The notes under the pieces were generated by a model. The model saw only the letters and a list, made by a program, of their open reading frames with translations. It was not told where the DNA came from and did no database searches. Below, one piece after another: positions 39,761 to 51,868 of a DNA stretch of 64,000 nt. This DNA comes from Paraspadella gotoi (taxonomy: Eukaryota; Animalia; Chaetognatha), in NCBI GenBank assembly GCA_051294375.1, contig CM119263.1:6172932-6236931 (forward strand). The letters are read 5' to 3'. A program made the translations under genes and the position numbers. Position 1 is the first letter of the stretch, and each line of letters opens with the position of its first letter.

Positions 39761-41168
39761 CGAGTCTTATTTTCATAGAACGCCTAATTTCATTTTTAAA
39801 TTCGGAATTAAGTTATTTTTTAGGTTTAAAAAGAAGATTATGGTTAGGGATAAGGTATAGGGTTAGTTAGGGTTAAAACCAAGTTCAGGTATTTAGAAAC
39901 AGAAATAGGGGGGCTTTTGAAATAGAGAGCCCAAAAAATGCCGGCTTCCCCTCCCTCCCACCGGTCTGCGCGTCTTCCCCTTCAGAGTTCTGGGTGAAAA
40001 CACATCCAATTCGACATCCTCGTGACAGATCCGCCCAGATTTTCCCGTCGGGGTCTCACATGATATTTGTTTCCCAGTTCGAGATAAGATTAAGTGTATT
40101 TTCCCCCAGGTTGGCTCACAATTGATATCCTCACTGAAGTGATTCCTCTTCACTATGATCACATTGATCAGGGGTCTCCCTTTAAGCGTTCTTCAATTGC
40201 TCACCCAAACCCAGGAGATACGTGGGCGTTAAGGGACGCGAAACCACGGCGCCTCCTAATTTCTCGCTCAAGAATCCAGACCAGAAAATTCATCATTTTT
40301 CTCGTGACTTTTTTCCAGATTTTCTCGGTTCGAGCGAAAAAAAAAATTCGTTATGAAAGGCGAAAGTAGTCCTGCGAACTTTCGAACAGGATTCGTTTAC
40401 GGAAGAGCGTATAAGCTATAACTGTCACGGCTTACTTTCTGTCCTACTTGCTTTCTTCTTTTTTTTTCTCGCTTTCATTCATTCTAGTTTCTTTCTTTCT
40501 TTTTTTCCCCCCTTCTCTTTCTTTCTTTAAATTCTTTTCCTGACGAGACTTTTTTTTTCTTTTGGTAAAAAACAGACGGGGGAAGGGGAGAGAACCTTTG
40601 AACACGAGTCAAATTTGTCTTCTTCCTACTCGAATCTAAAAAAGAGATGCTCTTTAGGGGCTTCATCGAAATCCTATCAACAATTTTTGAGGCCTAAACA
40701 TCCGAAATACCGGGAATGAAGATTTTTTTATAAAAGGATTTATCATTTTCAATCGGTGGTTAATTAAATAATTAAATAACGGTTACATTTTTATTTTACC
40801 CAAGTGACAGGTGAAACCCGTTTTTCTTTTTCGAGAGCGAAGAATGAACTCAAACTCCTTCGTAGATCCAGTTCGCTCCCCTTCACCCACAATTCGTTTT
40901 CATTTCAGAAAAGATGAGAGAATAATCAATCAGATCGTCACATTGTCGCATTCTTCGGTTCTATTCGAATATTGGCGCGCCAAATAAAACAGAAACAAAA
41001 CAAACGTAGAAAATTAATCGTTTCTTTCGCGAAAAAAAAGGGGGGGGGAAATCTTTGTCTTCCTTTTCGCGCCTTGTCGTTCGTCGTTGTCGTCGTCTGT
41101 CCTTTCTCTTCAAATTTTCATATGAAAATTCTTGCTCATCCTTTGTGGTCCTCGTGATTCTTTATAAA

Positions 41169-44100
41169 ATGTTGTCCGTCGTTAACGCCTCCGTTACCAT
41201 GGCGACTTTAGACTCGAACGACAAGGGGGCGTTCCACAAAGGTCCCGCGTCGACGACCGACTCTTCCGTCGCCCCGACCGTGTCTTCCCTCGAGTTTTTC
41301 GCCAACTCTTCGGAATCGACTTCAGACTTCGAAGGCGCTTCCGACGAAGCGTTTGAGAGTCCGCTCCATACTTTTCTAGAGTCAACGACCGACGGGATCT
41401 CCACAATAACCTCCCCTGATTCTAATTTTAACGGCGACGCCATTTTGGGCGCCACGCCCACCTCGATCGCCGCTTCACTTACCTCCTCAACGGACGTCGA
41501 TTCCTCCGTCAATTCAACCGCGGTCATTGACCCTTCGTTCAACGAAACAATGAGCACCACAACATTTACTGACGCCATCGACCAATTTATCAATGCCACA
41601 GTCGATGCCATCTCTTCTACCAAATCTCCCGTCAGCCCTTTTTCAAACGCGACTTTAGATCCTATTCTAAACTCTACAATCGATCAAACCTCTACTTTCG
41701 AGTCATTTCCCAACTCAACGATCGACGTCACCCCTAATTTTGACCACATTTTTAACTCCACGATCGACGTCACCCCTAATTACGACTCGCTACTCAATTC
41801 CACAATCGACCCCATCTCTAATTTCGACTCACTCCTCAACGCCACTCTCGACAGCAACCCTAACGCGACCTTCGCTCCCAACGCGCCATCTTCAGCTCAC
41901 GCCTACTACGCTTACTTCCTTCACAGTCACTACGTCTTCACTTACGTCTTGAATCCCGTGGCGGCGTTCGGAATTCTCGGAAACGCCCTCACCTTTTACG
42001 TCCTCTACCGGCGCCGAGCCAAGACCCCGCCCATCGTCATCATGGTAAGTTTTGAAAAAATGCTGCGAGAAACTCATTTGCATGTTACGTTAAAGAAGTT
42101 GAAATTCACCAAAGTATATATTTTTTTTATTACTTATTCGATTTTTTGTAAGGCCGAATGCGCCTGTCAGTGACTACTAAAGATGTCATTAGTCACAGCT
42201 CTAGATTTCAACAAATTTGTCAATGCTGTCGTTAAATCTGTATTAATTGTAACTACATATATTGGATGTACCATTTTCATATATTAACTACATATATATG
42301 TCAGATGGCGTTGGCGGTCTTTGACTCTATCCTTCTCATCATCGCCATACTCGAGTACGGCCTCGCCTACGCATCCATATTCAGCAAACGGGGCCTCACT
42401 GGTTACAGAGACGTTTGGGCGGTGATGCGTCCTTACCTATTCACGTCCAGCAACGTCGCGCAGGTCTATCTGAGACATATTTCAACGCTGGACGATGCAG
42501 TGCTAACATCTCTTTCTTTATAACGATTCTTTTACAGACGGTGATAGTTTGGCTCACGTTATTTCTGTCCGTAGAAAGATACAACGCGATTTGCAAGCCG
42601 CTTAAATTCATGGCCAACTGCACTCACCAGAGGGCCATCAGGGTAACTTTCTATGATTGTGCTTGGGGTTCCATTTTAAATGGTGCAGCGATTACTCGCC
42701 AAGCAACTTATGTGTCGGTCTGTCGGTCTGTCGGTCGGTCTATCCGCATGACCCACTTAATTTTTAAATGCAAATTATTTTGATTGGCCAATGGGTGCAG
42801 CATTGGTTATGTACCAAGAGAACATCTTTGTGCAAATGATTCATACTTGCGTCGTTACCTCTTTACTAGAAAATCCGATCACGTGACCAGAAAGTCAATA
42901 AAAATAACGCCTTGCAATTGATGCCCTTTCCTCGTTTGGCCACAGTTCATCTCTATCATCGTCGTCGCCAGCGTCGCCTTGAATCTGGTCAAGTTTTTCG
43001 AAGTGAAGAGCGAAACGAATCTCGTCACAAATCAAAACACAGGTGAGGGTAGATGGCGCTGAGTCGGGTCTTTTGGGTTTCACTGTCCTATGTGAACTGA
43101 GGTGTCTGTTAGGCGGAGAAAAGGAAAAAAGAAGAAAGGGGTTGGAAGGGTATCGAGGAAAAGGTGGAGTAGACAGACAAATAGAGAGAGAGAGAGAGAG
43201 AGAGAGATAAAACTATATACTCGGTTTTAACTTTCAAATGAGCAGGAGAGATTTCTTGCTACACGAACCCTGGATGCATCAACTCTCCGCTGAGAATCAA
43301 CCGAATCTATTGGTTCACTTACTACGTCGTCGTTCTTTCCCTTCTCGTTCATTTGGGTGAGTTAAAAGGAAAGAATGTTAAATTCTGAATGAATGAAAGA
43401 ATGAGTGAATCAATGAATAAATGAATAAATAAATAAATGGATAAGTAAATAAATGAACAATCAATGAAAAAATAAATATGTGCTTGAGTAAAAAAGAAAT
43501 AAATTAACAATTTTATTAAAAATAAAATATAAATGAATAAAAAATTAAATCAATAAATCAATCAATCAATCCTTTCCCCTCCGCAGGCCCTTTCCTCGTC
43601 ATTCTCGTGGTCAACGTTCAAGTGATCCACGCCCACCGAGCGAGTCTCCTTTGGCGCCAACAGCATTTCCAGGCGCACGTGCGGCAAGACTCTGCGCGGG
43701 GGATTCGGGGCGAGCAGCACTCCGTCACCCTCATCTGCGTCGGTAAGGAGATGGTGGGGGGAAGGGGGGAGTAGGGGGTTCGGAGGGGCGGAGATTGACA
43801 GAGAGGGAGACTATACAGGAGCAAAGAGGAGCGGGGGAGGTAGAGGAGCAAAGAAGGAATGAGACAAAGGAATGCGGAGGGGGTGATCGACGCGTAATTG
43901 GTTACTGGTAAGGGGTGAGTTAAAAATCAGCAGGAGAGGGAGGCTATGGGAGAAAGAAGTAAAAAAGAAAAATGGAAAGTTAAGTTTAGGGAGCTAAATA
44001 CTAAAAATAGAAGGAAAAAAAAAGGGAAAATTAAGATGAAGGAAACGAAGGAATGTGTAGAGAAAGTGGCACAAGTGTTGAAAGCGTAAATGATATTTTG

Positions 44101-44946
44101 ATGCCATTAAAAAAGTCTCTTTTAATTTCATATAAATTTTAGCCGTCGTCCTTATGTTCCTCATTTGCGCTCTTCCCGAAAATGTGCTGCACATTTTGAT
44201 GCTGTTTCTGGACGAAAGGTAAGTCAGTGTCGCATTGATTAACATCGACCAAATGCGATGAGTATCTATTCCCTTCTTGTTTCGCTTAGGTCGACGGGTC
44301 CGCCACCTTTGCCGATAGACAAGGCGAAGGTTTTGATTTTCAACGTTTACTGCATCTTGTTGATCAGCATCAACTCTTCAGTGAATTTTCTGCTTTACTC
44401 CTGGTTTTCCGCTTCGTTCCGATGTATGGTGAGATATTCTTTTAGCATTGAAATTATGTAACTACTAAGTATAAAACATAAAACATAAACATAACTTTAC
44501 AATTTTCGATGACATCTTTTTTTTCCCCTTTCAATTCGAGTTTTTATTTCCTCTTCACAATTCTAACGGTAATCGATATTCCTTTCCAGGTGAAAGACCT
44601 TTTGTTCGGTCGATGCCTTCGGTACAAGCGCCGCCATCTTGGCAGCAGCTTTCCCCATTTCAGTTCTCGCGGCGGCGGCGCCTCTACGGCGACGACGACG
44701 CTGCGGCGAGCCTCCGCTTCGATCGATTCCGGCGGCGGCGCCAGACGAAACGACGACGCCGCCAGAAAGATTAGCGGCGTCTTTTTTCACGACGCCAACG
44801 GCGACGCCGAATCCAACGATCCGAGAAGAAACGGCCACGCCGCCAGGAAAATAAGCGGCGCCCATTTGAACGCCGCTTACGTTTACGACGGCGATAAAAA
44901 CGTTGAAGTCATCGGGATGCGTCGTCTTAAAAATGGAAACGAATGA
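41169..44946 (+). CDS. Rhodopsin-class peptide GPCR, FMRFamide-receptor-like family, with a long Ser/Thr-rich N-terminus; about 9 exons
   Basis: TM1 FGILGNALTFYVL, TM2 MALAVFDSILL, TM3 TVIVWLTLFLSVERYNAICKPL, TM4 LNLVKFFE, TM5 GPFLVILVVNVQVI, TM6 AVVLMFLICALP, TM7 INSSVNFLLYSWFSASFR. Confidence 0.88.
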
Positions 44947-45176
44947 TTTTCGGTCGTGAATGGATTCACTCGTGACCGGTATCATGGAACGGTATTCGAG
45001 AACGCCAAAGTTTTTTTTAAATTTTATACAGTAATAAAAGATGTCGAGGGGAAGAAAACATGAACAAAACAAAACTATTAATAAGTTTGTAGAGTCATCA
45101 CATGCACTGTTTAATTTATGATTAAGAAAACGTCGAATTTGGGATCAAGTGCAGTATTTTTTTTTCTTTATAGAAA

Positions 45177-45217
45177 ACCAATATTTCGATCTTATTTGAC
45201 AGATCATCGTTCAGGGT
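45177..45217 (-). ncRNA. Minimal type I hammerhead ribozyme motif in the Penelope pLTR
   Basis: Minus strand reads ACC-CUGAACGA-U-GAUCU-gucaaaua-AGAUC-GAA-AUAU-U-GGU: 3-bp stem I, core box with one extra nt, 5-bp stem II, GAAA and a palindromic stem III. Confidence 0.6.
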
Positions 45218-45772
45218 AAGAGTGAAGTGAGTAGAAGAAGAGAGCTAAGGAAAAGAGAGAGAGATAGAGAGAGAGAGAGAACAGGTGAGAGTCAGACAAT
45301 ACAACAGGGATAAATCCCTCCACCCCCCCTCGTTTCAATGTCTAGTCTCATTTCTTCCCAGGGAATTAAGGATCGGTTTCCATGCATCGGTTTTGACATA
45401 AGACCCCATATCTTCATTGAGGCCTCTGCCCGGGCCACAATCGAGGCGCCTGATCCACAAGGCCTCTTCCACCTTTAGGTGGTGGCTGAGGCTGGATGGG
45501 TCTTTGATGCGTGGACGTGAGAGGATGTCCGGTGTCCAGTCGAATTGGGCTGAGCAGTGCTGACGATGCTGGGCCAGACCCGAATGGCCCCACTTTCCAG
45601 TGTCGACCGCTCTCTTGTGCTCTGCAGTACGGGTATCGAAGCTTCGTCTAGTTTCACCGACATAAACTGCTTTTGTATTGTATTGTTGTATTGTCTGACT
45701 CTCACCTGTTCTCTCTCTCTCTCTATCTCTCTCTCTTTTCCTTAGCTCTCTTCTTCTACTCACTTCACTCTT

Positions 45773-45813
45773 ACCCTGAACGATGATCTGTCAAATAAGA
45801 TCGAAATATTGTT
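45773..45813 (+). ncRNA. Second, inverted copy of the hammerhead motif
   Basis: ACCCTGAACGATGATCTGTCAAATAAGATCGAAATATTGTT; one G is missing from the stem I 3' strand relative to the other copy. Confidence 0.5.
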
Positions 45814-47723
45814 TTCTATAAAAGAAAAAAAAATACTGCACTTGATCCCAAATTCGACGTTTTCTTAATCAAAAACTATTAATAGTTTTAATCCTCGACG
45901 AAGACGATTAAAATTTTAGTAAAAATATTTTAAAATAGTCAAAAAATTTGGCTAATGTAGTCGTCGATTTTTTATGTTGTTCCTTTGTCTCTTTTCATCC
46001 TCTTTTTTTATCAAAGTATATAATAGATAGAGACTCAGATTTCGAAAGCGGATAATCGAGCTATCGACTTTGAAAGGGAACACAAAACAATGGATGATCT
46101 CAGTCTTGTCTAATGTTTCTATTTTTAACAAAAAATCCCTTTTGTCAATTTTTAGTTCGACATCCGTAATCAGCTATCTATATGCGTAGTTTGATTTACG
46201 AATAACTTTTGTACATTAAATAATTTTTCTGTGTATTTTTTTTGTGAATTATCGTTAAGTGGAGAAAAATTGTATGAAATTAGGTAAAATTTTATTTCCT
46301 TATCCAAAGAAAATTATAAAATTTGACCACATGTGAAGTAACTTTTGTTTTTAAAATGTCGGCAGAGGCCGCTACTTTCCTCAAAATGGCAGAAAGAAAA
46401 AAACAAAATAACTAATACGATTGCGAGTCTGACAGTATGACAACCCGTAAAAACTAACATTTATGAATCAGAACATTTTTTTGATGTTATGTTGTACTTT
46501 CAATGTTTTATAGTCATTATTTTAGTTTCGATTCAATTATATCCGCCATTGGCTGGCTTTCTTTATAACCGACTCGCAAAAGCGACGGTAAACTAAGGTT
46601 TCCTATTTTCCGGAACATCTTGACGTTAAGTGATCCAACCTTGCTTTTCGGACTTGTTAGTCTTTCACAATTTCCTAACTAAATAAAAAGAGTTAATGGC
46701 TTAGTGCTCTGTGAGTAAACTGTAAGGTAATCCTTTACAAAACTAATAATTTTTAAAAATTTTAAATAATAAAGTTTTTTTATTATATATATTTGAACTG
46801 TGCAATGTGCACTAAACGCTGGATGCTCTATCTCTTTTTAAAGAAAAGGCACCTTCTTACGGGTTGATGCCTTTTTAACAAGGGGCGCCTACTGATGGAT
46901 CGGCGCCCTCTTGGCGCGACCTCGTCAAAGGCGCCCTTTTGAAAGGCAGAGCGTTACCTCAACACGATTATTGGCTTTTTTTCCTTTTTTTTTATTTTCG
47001 TTCTTCTTTTTTATTTTTTTTTATTTTTTGACAGAAATTTATCGACAAATTTGCGCGTGTTTCTTCTATTTATTTTTTTATTAATTCTTCGCAGTCATTA
47101 ATCTGATGTTTAGCCATTAAGTTATCAAAAATCTATTTTTTCAATTTAATCCATGTTATCAAAAATAATTTAACATTATTGGTTTGGTGGTAACTTTGCA
47201 CAAGGTTCGAAATAAAGTGTATCTACGAGTTTAAATTAATCTTTCTCGACCAAAAAAAAATTCTTCGAATTCTGATCGGATATTTTTTTCTTCTTTCTCT
47301 CGTCAAGCCATCACTCCACCACAGCCCCAAGCTGCTCACCCAGTCGAACCCCCAAGAAACGCCCCTCGCCACGTTCTTTCCCGAACCTCTCACCCCGGGA
47401 GAGCCTCATTGGCTGCAATCCGTGACTTCTGGCCCATTAGCCACAGAAGGCGACGCAAAGGAATTCGATGAAAGCCTTCCTCGACGTCGTCGTCGTCGTC
47501 GTCGTCGTCGTCTTAATTGATGTTGTTGTTGTTGTTCGCTCCGTCAATACAGGTCCTCGTTATCGTCGTTTTATTTACACTTTCAGTTTAGCCATAATTT
47601 TTATTTATATTTAACTTTGTTAACAAAAAAATTTAATAAGTTTTCGGAATAATGAATATTAAATTAAAATAATGTGCCGCTGTTAGGCTTTTTCATTACA
47701 TCTATGTCTTCACCGTCATCGTT

Positions 47724-47757
<34 letters not shown>

Positions 47758-50700
47758 GTGTCGACTTAAACGGAGCGTCTCTATTGCCTCAATACATCTC
47801 GGCCTCTGGCAGCCACACCAGACCGCGCCCAACCACAAATTGCCTTAAAACTCAATCTTAGGGAAAATCTCAAAAATGAATAGGAATTATTATTTTACTT
47901 TAGTTTCATCTACTAATATAAATTTATATTTTTTAAATTTGATTAAGCTTAAAAAATAAATAAAAATATTTAACAAATGTTCCTGTAAAAAATCGATTTG
48001 CATGAAATACTTTTTGATTACAAAAATATTTTTTTAACTTGAAAACATTTTAAATCTTAATCTTATGAACTAAAACCGTTTGAACGAAGATAATTTTGAG
48101 GTGTTCCCTTAGAAGGCAATTGAGGAAACGGCTAAAAAACCTAATGTACCGGAAAGTCGAGATGTCTTTTTCGTTAACAGCGACCAGATTGAGATCCCAA
48201 CCAAAATGAGACGAGGGGGAGGAGAAAGTTGTGGTTGTGGTTAAGGATTATACAAGAGAGGGGCTCCATGATAATTTGGACCTACATTTTTACCTTCCAT
48301 TTTTTTTATCTTTAAATTTCGAGGTTTTTTCTTTGATTCTTTTCTCATTTTTCATCTTTACAGTTTCCTCTATTTTTTTTTTAAATCTTCTTTTTCCTCT
48401 TTATTATTATTATTATTATTATTATTATTTATTATTATTTATAATTCTCGTTTGACCTCTAATTAGAAGTTTTTTTCTTTCTCTTCTTCTTTCTTCATTC
48501 CCTTTCTTTTTCTCTCTTTTATTTCTTCTTCTCTCTTTTTCTGTTCTCCTTCTACGATACATCTCTCCTTGTCTCCTTCTTTCCTTTTCCTTTGTCCTTT
48601 CCCAATTCCACTTTTTCCATCTCTTTTAGTTTTCTTTTCTTTTTTTCTTTTTTCTCAGTCCTTTCGCCATTTCCCTTCCTTTCTTTCTTTCTCTCAATCT
48701 CCTCGTCTCTCTCTTTTCTGATCTTCTTTTTTCTCTTCCTCTTTCCTCCTTCCTCCCTTTCCTTCGGCCTTGCTCTTTTCTTTCGCTTCATTACCTCGAT
48801 TTGCATTTTTTATTGGTTTCCCATCGACGTTTAATTCTGCGGCCGTCAGATGTCTTTCCTCGGCGCCCGACGACGACGACGACGACGACGCTGGTGATTA
48901 TCGCCGTAATTAAATGAGCGCCGCCCCGCGGATGATTTCTCTAGCGGAAGTGGCGCTCACGAGCCGACGCTCGATATTGCTTCATAATTGTCGCGAGTTC
49001 GGCAGCGGCGTCAGCGGCAGCAGCAGCTTCAGCGGCAGAGGAGGCGGCGGCCGGGATGTTTGAGACGTTATTGGATGTTTGAAGAGAAGAGGAGAAATAT
49101 CAGTGCACAAGTCAAAAATTGTTTATAAATTTTTTGCTATTAATTTTCAATGTTATTATCATCGGCAGTGGCAAAATAATTGGAATATGTACAGACAAAA
49201 ATTTGATGAGAAAAGAAAGGCAGAAAGAAATGGCGACCCTCTCTCCTCTCGATCACTCCACTTGCATAATTCAGGCTCTATTACAAATATTTAGTTTTTT
49301 CGCGATGATTCAAGAAACAGTAGAGTATTCTTTCAGAATATTTCAATATTCCTAGTAGACTATATATATTAGACTATAAGAAAAAAAATACGAATAAATA
49401 GAAGATATAGAAGAGATACGAATTAACGTATTAAAGAAAGGCATATAGCAGATTGCATAAAAAAGTGGTCTTGAACAATATCATTTTACATGTCATATAA
49501 ATGTTATGTCATGTCTTGGCTCGATACAGTCTAGATTTCGTTGTGTTAATGCAAACAACATCCACATAAACATCAATATCATCAACATCAACATCAACAA
49601 GATCAACATCAACATCAACATCAACTTCTCGTTTTACTCGACCGACTAATGTCTTCAGACACCCACCTCACTACCCTCTTCCCCCAAAACCACCATCATA
49701 TTCACCACCTCTCCGCCAAACCTCACGCTTTCCCTCTACCCAACCCGACGTTAACCAAGATGTTGGCGGTGACAGCGACGACGACGACGACGACGACGAC
49801 AGCGCCGGTCGTCGCGGCGTCGTCTGATGAATGGAACGACGCAGAAAAAGGGGGGGCGTGTCAACGACGACGATGGCACTTCGGGTCCTAAAAATGATGT
49901 GAATAAGTTTACTCTGATTTCAGAAGAGGAAATAGAGATGGAATGTGGAAGAATAGAAAAAGATAGAAATTTAAAATCATTTGTACGTCTTCTAACTAAG
50001 TAAGATTCATAAAAAGAATTAATGAATTAATGAAAGAATGAAAGAAAAAAAGAAAAAAAAAAGAATAAAAAATACATAAGAAACATAAACGGAAGGTTCT
50101 TTAGTCTTTAGCAAGAAAGAAATAAAGAAAGAATAAAGGGAAAAAGAGAAAGAAAGAAAAAAAAATAGAGAAAGAGCGAGATCTGGAAACCGGTAGTGTC
50201 TCCGGCGATAGACTTACCCCATTACGCTTTCGCGTCGTCTAATGGGCTTCGTTGAAGCCGCCCCGATCAGCCTCAACACAAAATTCCACTTTTAAAAACT
50301 CATTTTCCTTTTTTTTACCCCCCCCACTTTCTTTCCACTTTCTTTCAACTTTCTTTCCAACTTTTTTTCCAATTTCTTTCATCTTCCTTTCAAACTTCTT
50401 TTCACTTTCTTTCTACTTTCTTTCCACTTTCTTTCTTTCTTTCCAATTTCTTTCTACTTTCTTTCCAACTTCTTTCTACTTTCTTTCCCACTTCTTTCCA
50501 CTTTCTATATCCACTCTTCTTCAACATTTCTCCCACCTTTTCTCTTTTTTGATTTCATGTTTACAGACCCCATCGTCATTATGACTCTTGTCGACATTCT
50601 CTTGATATTTATTCTTTGAAAATACAATAGTTAACTAGTAGCAGTAATTATTATTATTATTATTATTAATATTATTATTAATATTATTATTATTTCTCTC

Positions 50701-50933
50701 TTCAGACAGGAAAGAAACACCGAAAGGGTGACGCCGGCAATATGCTGAAGAAAGCCGCCAGTGAAGGGGTTCTCTCGGTTTTACAAAGAAGGGAATTGAG
50801 CCGAGCGATTTTACCAAGCGTGGAGCTGATTGTTAATTCGTGAAATTTCCATTTCTTTCTCGCGACGAGGGACTAATTATTTCCCTCGTCGTCTATTTTC
50901 CACCCCTTTTTCTCTCACTCTCTCTCACTCCTA

Positions 50934-51019
<86 letters not shown>

Positions 51020-51749
51020 AGTATGCCGCCATATTAAAAGCTTCGTTTCTCGTGACGACGTCGTCGTCGTCGTCGTCGTCGTGCGTCGTCGTCGTCGTCG
51101 TCGTCGTCGTCGACGGCGACTCCTTCGCCCCACATCTGTCTCGTCCCTCGTCCGCAATATTCAAAATGGCGCTGGCGAACGACAATATCTTCCCCTCCAA
51201 TGGAGAAACACAACGGACGAACATCGCCCTCTTAAAAACCCGCAGACGAGGCGGAGGAGGAGGAGGAGGAGGAGGAGGAGGAGGGGGTGCGAGATGATCA
51301 TGAGGCGTTTATTTGCACCTCGAATTGGTCTTCGTTTCAACGAGGATCCGATTTCCCCGTTCGCCGTTTCCACTTTGCGCGGGAAACCTATGGTTGTGAA
51401 GGATCTCACCATATGTGATCCATCCTTAACTTCCTTTACTTGTTTGAGCGTGAGAGCCCGATCATGTTCTACTTCCATGTCTCTTGTCGATATGTACGTC
51501 ATGTCATGGGTCGATGGAACAAATGAACGAACGAACGTACGAACAAAGAGACAAAGGAATGAACTAAGAAACCAATGAACGAAATGACGAACGATGGAAC
51601 GAACAAACGAACGCAGAAACGAAACGGAAGGAACGAGTGAACGAGGGAACGAGAGAACGAACAGAAAAATATTGGAAAGGAACGCAAAAAGGCGTTTTTA
51701 TATCTCACACGAACACACAATCTTTCGCTATTTAAATCATTCTTATTAC

Positions 51750-51868
<119 letters not shown>

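Larger units (their letters stand above)
45084..45871 (-). mobile_element. 5'-truncated Penelope-like element: GIY-YIG endonuclease remnant flanked by inverted pLTRs
   Basis: 45335-45675 encodes AVYVGETRRSFDTRTAEHKRAV...SGLAQHRQHC...FDW...LKVEEALWIR...LNEDMG...WKPIL. An inverted repeat of about 188 bp spans 45120-45307 and 45684-45870. A 13-bp direct repeat AAAACTATTAATA lies at 45071-45083 and 45872-45884. Confidence 0.88.

Noticed and set aside
39841-39875. Telomere-like TTAGGG motifs (also CCCTAA at about 6353-6376)
   Set aside because: Only two or three degenerate units, interstitial; not a telomeric array.
47480-51290. GC-rich (CGT)n/(GAC)n islands as coding exons
   Set aside because: Low-complexity trinucleotide runs with no consistent frame, splice pattern or protein motif; possibly regulatory, but that cannot be supported from the sequence.
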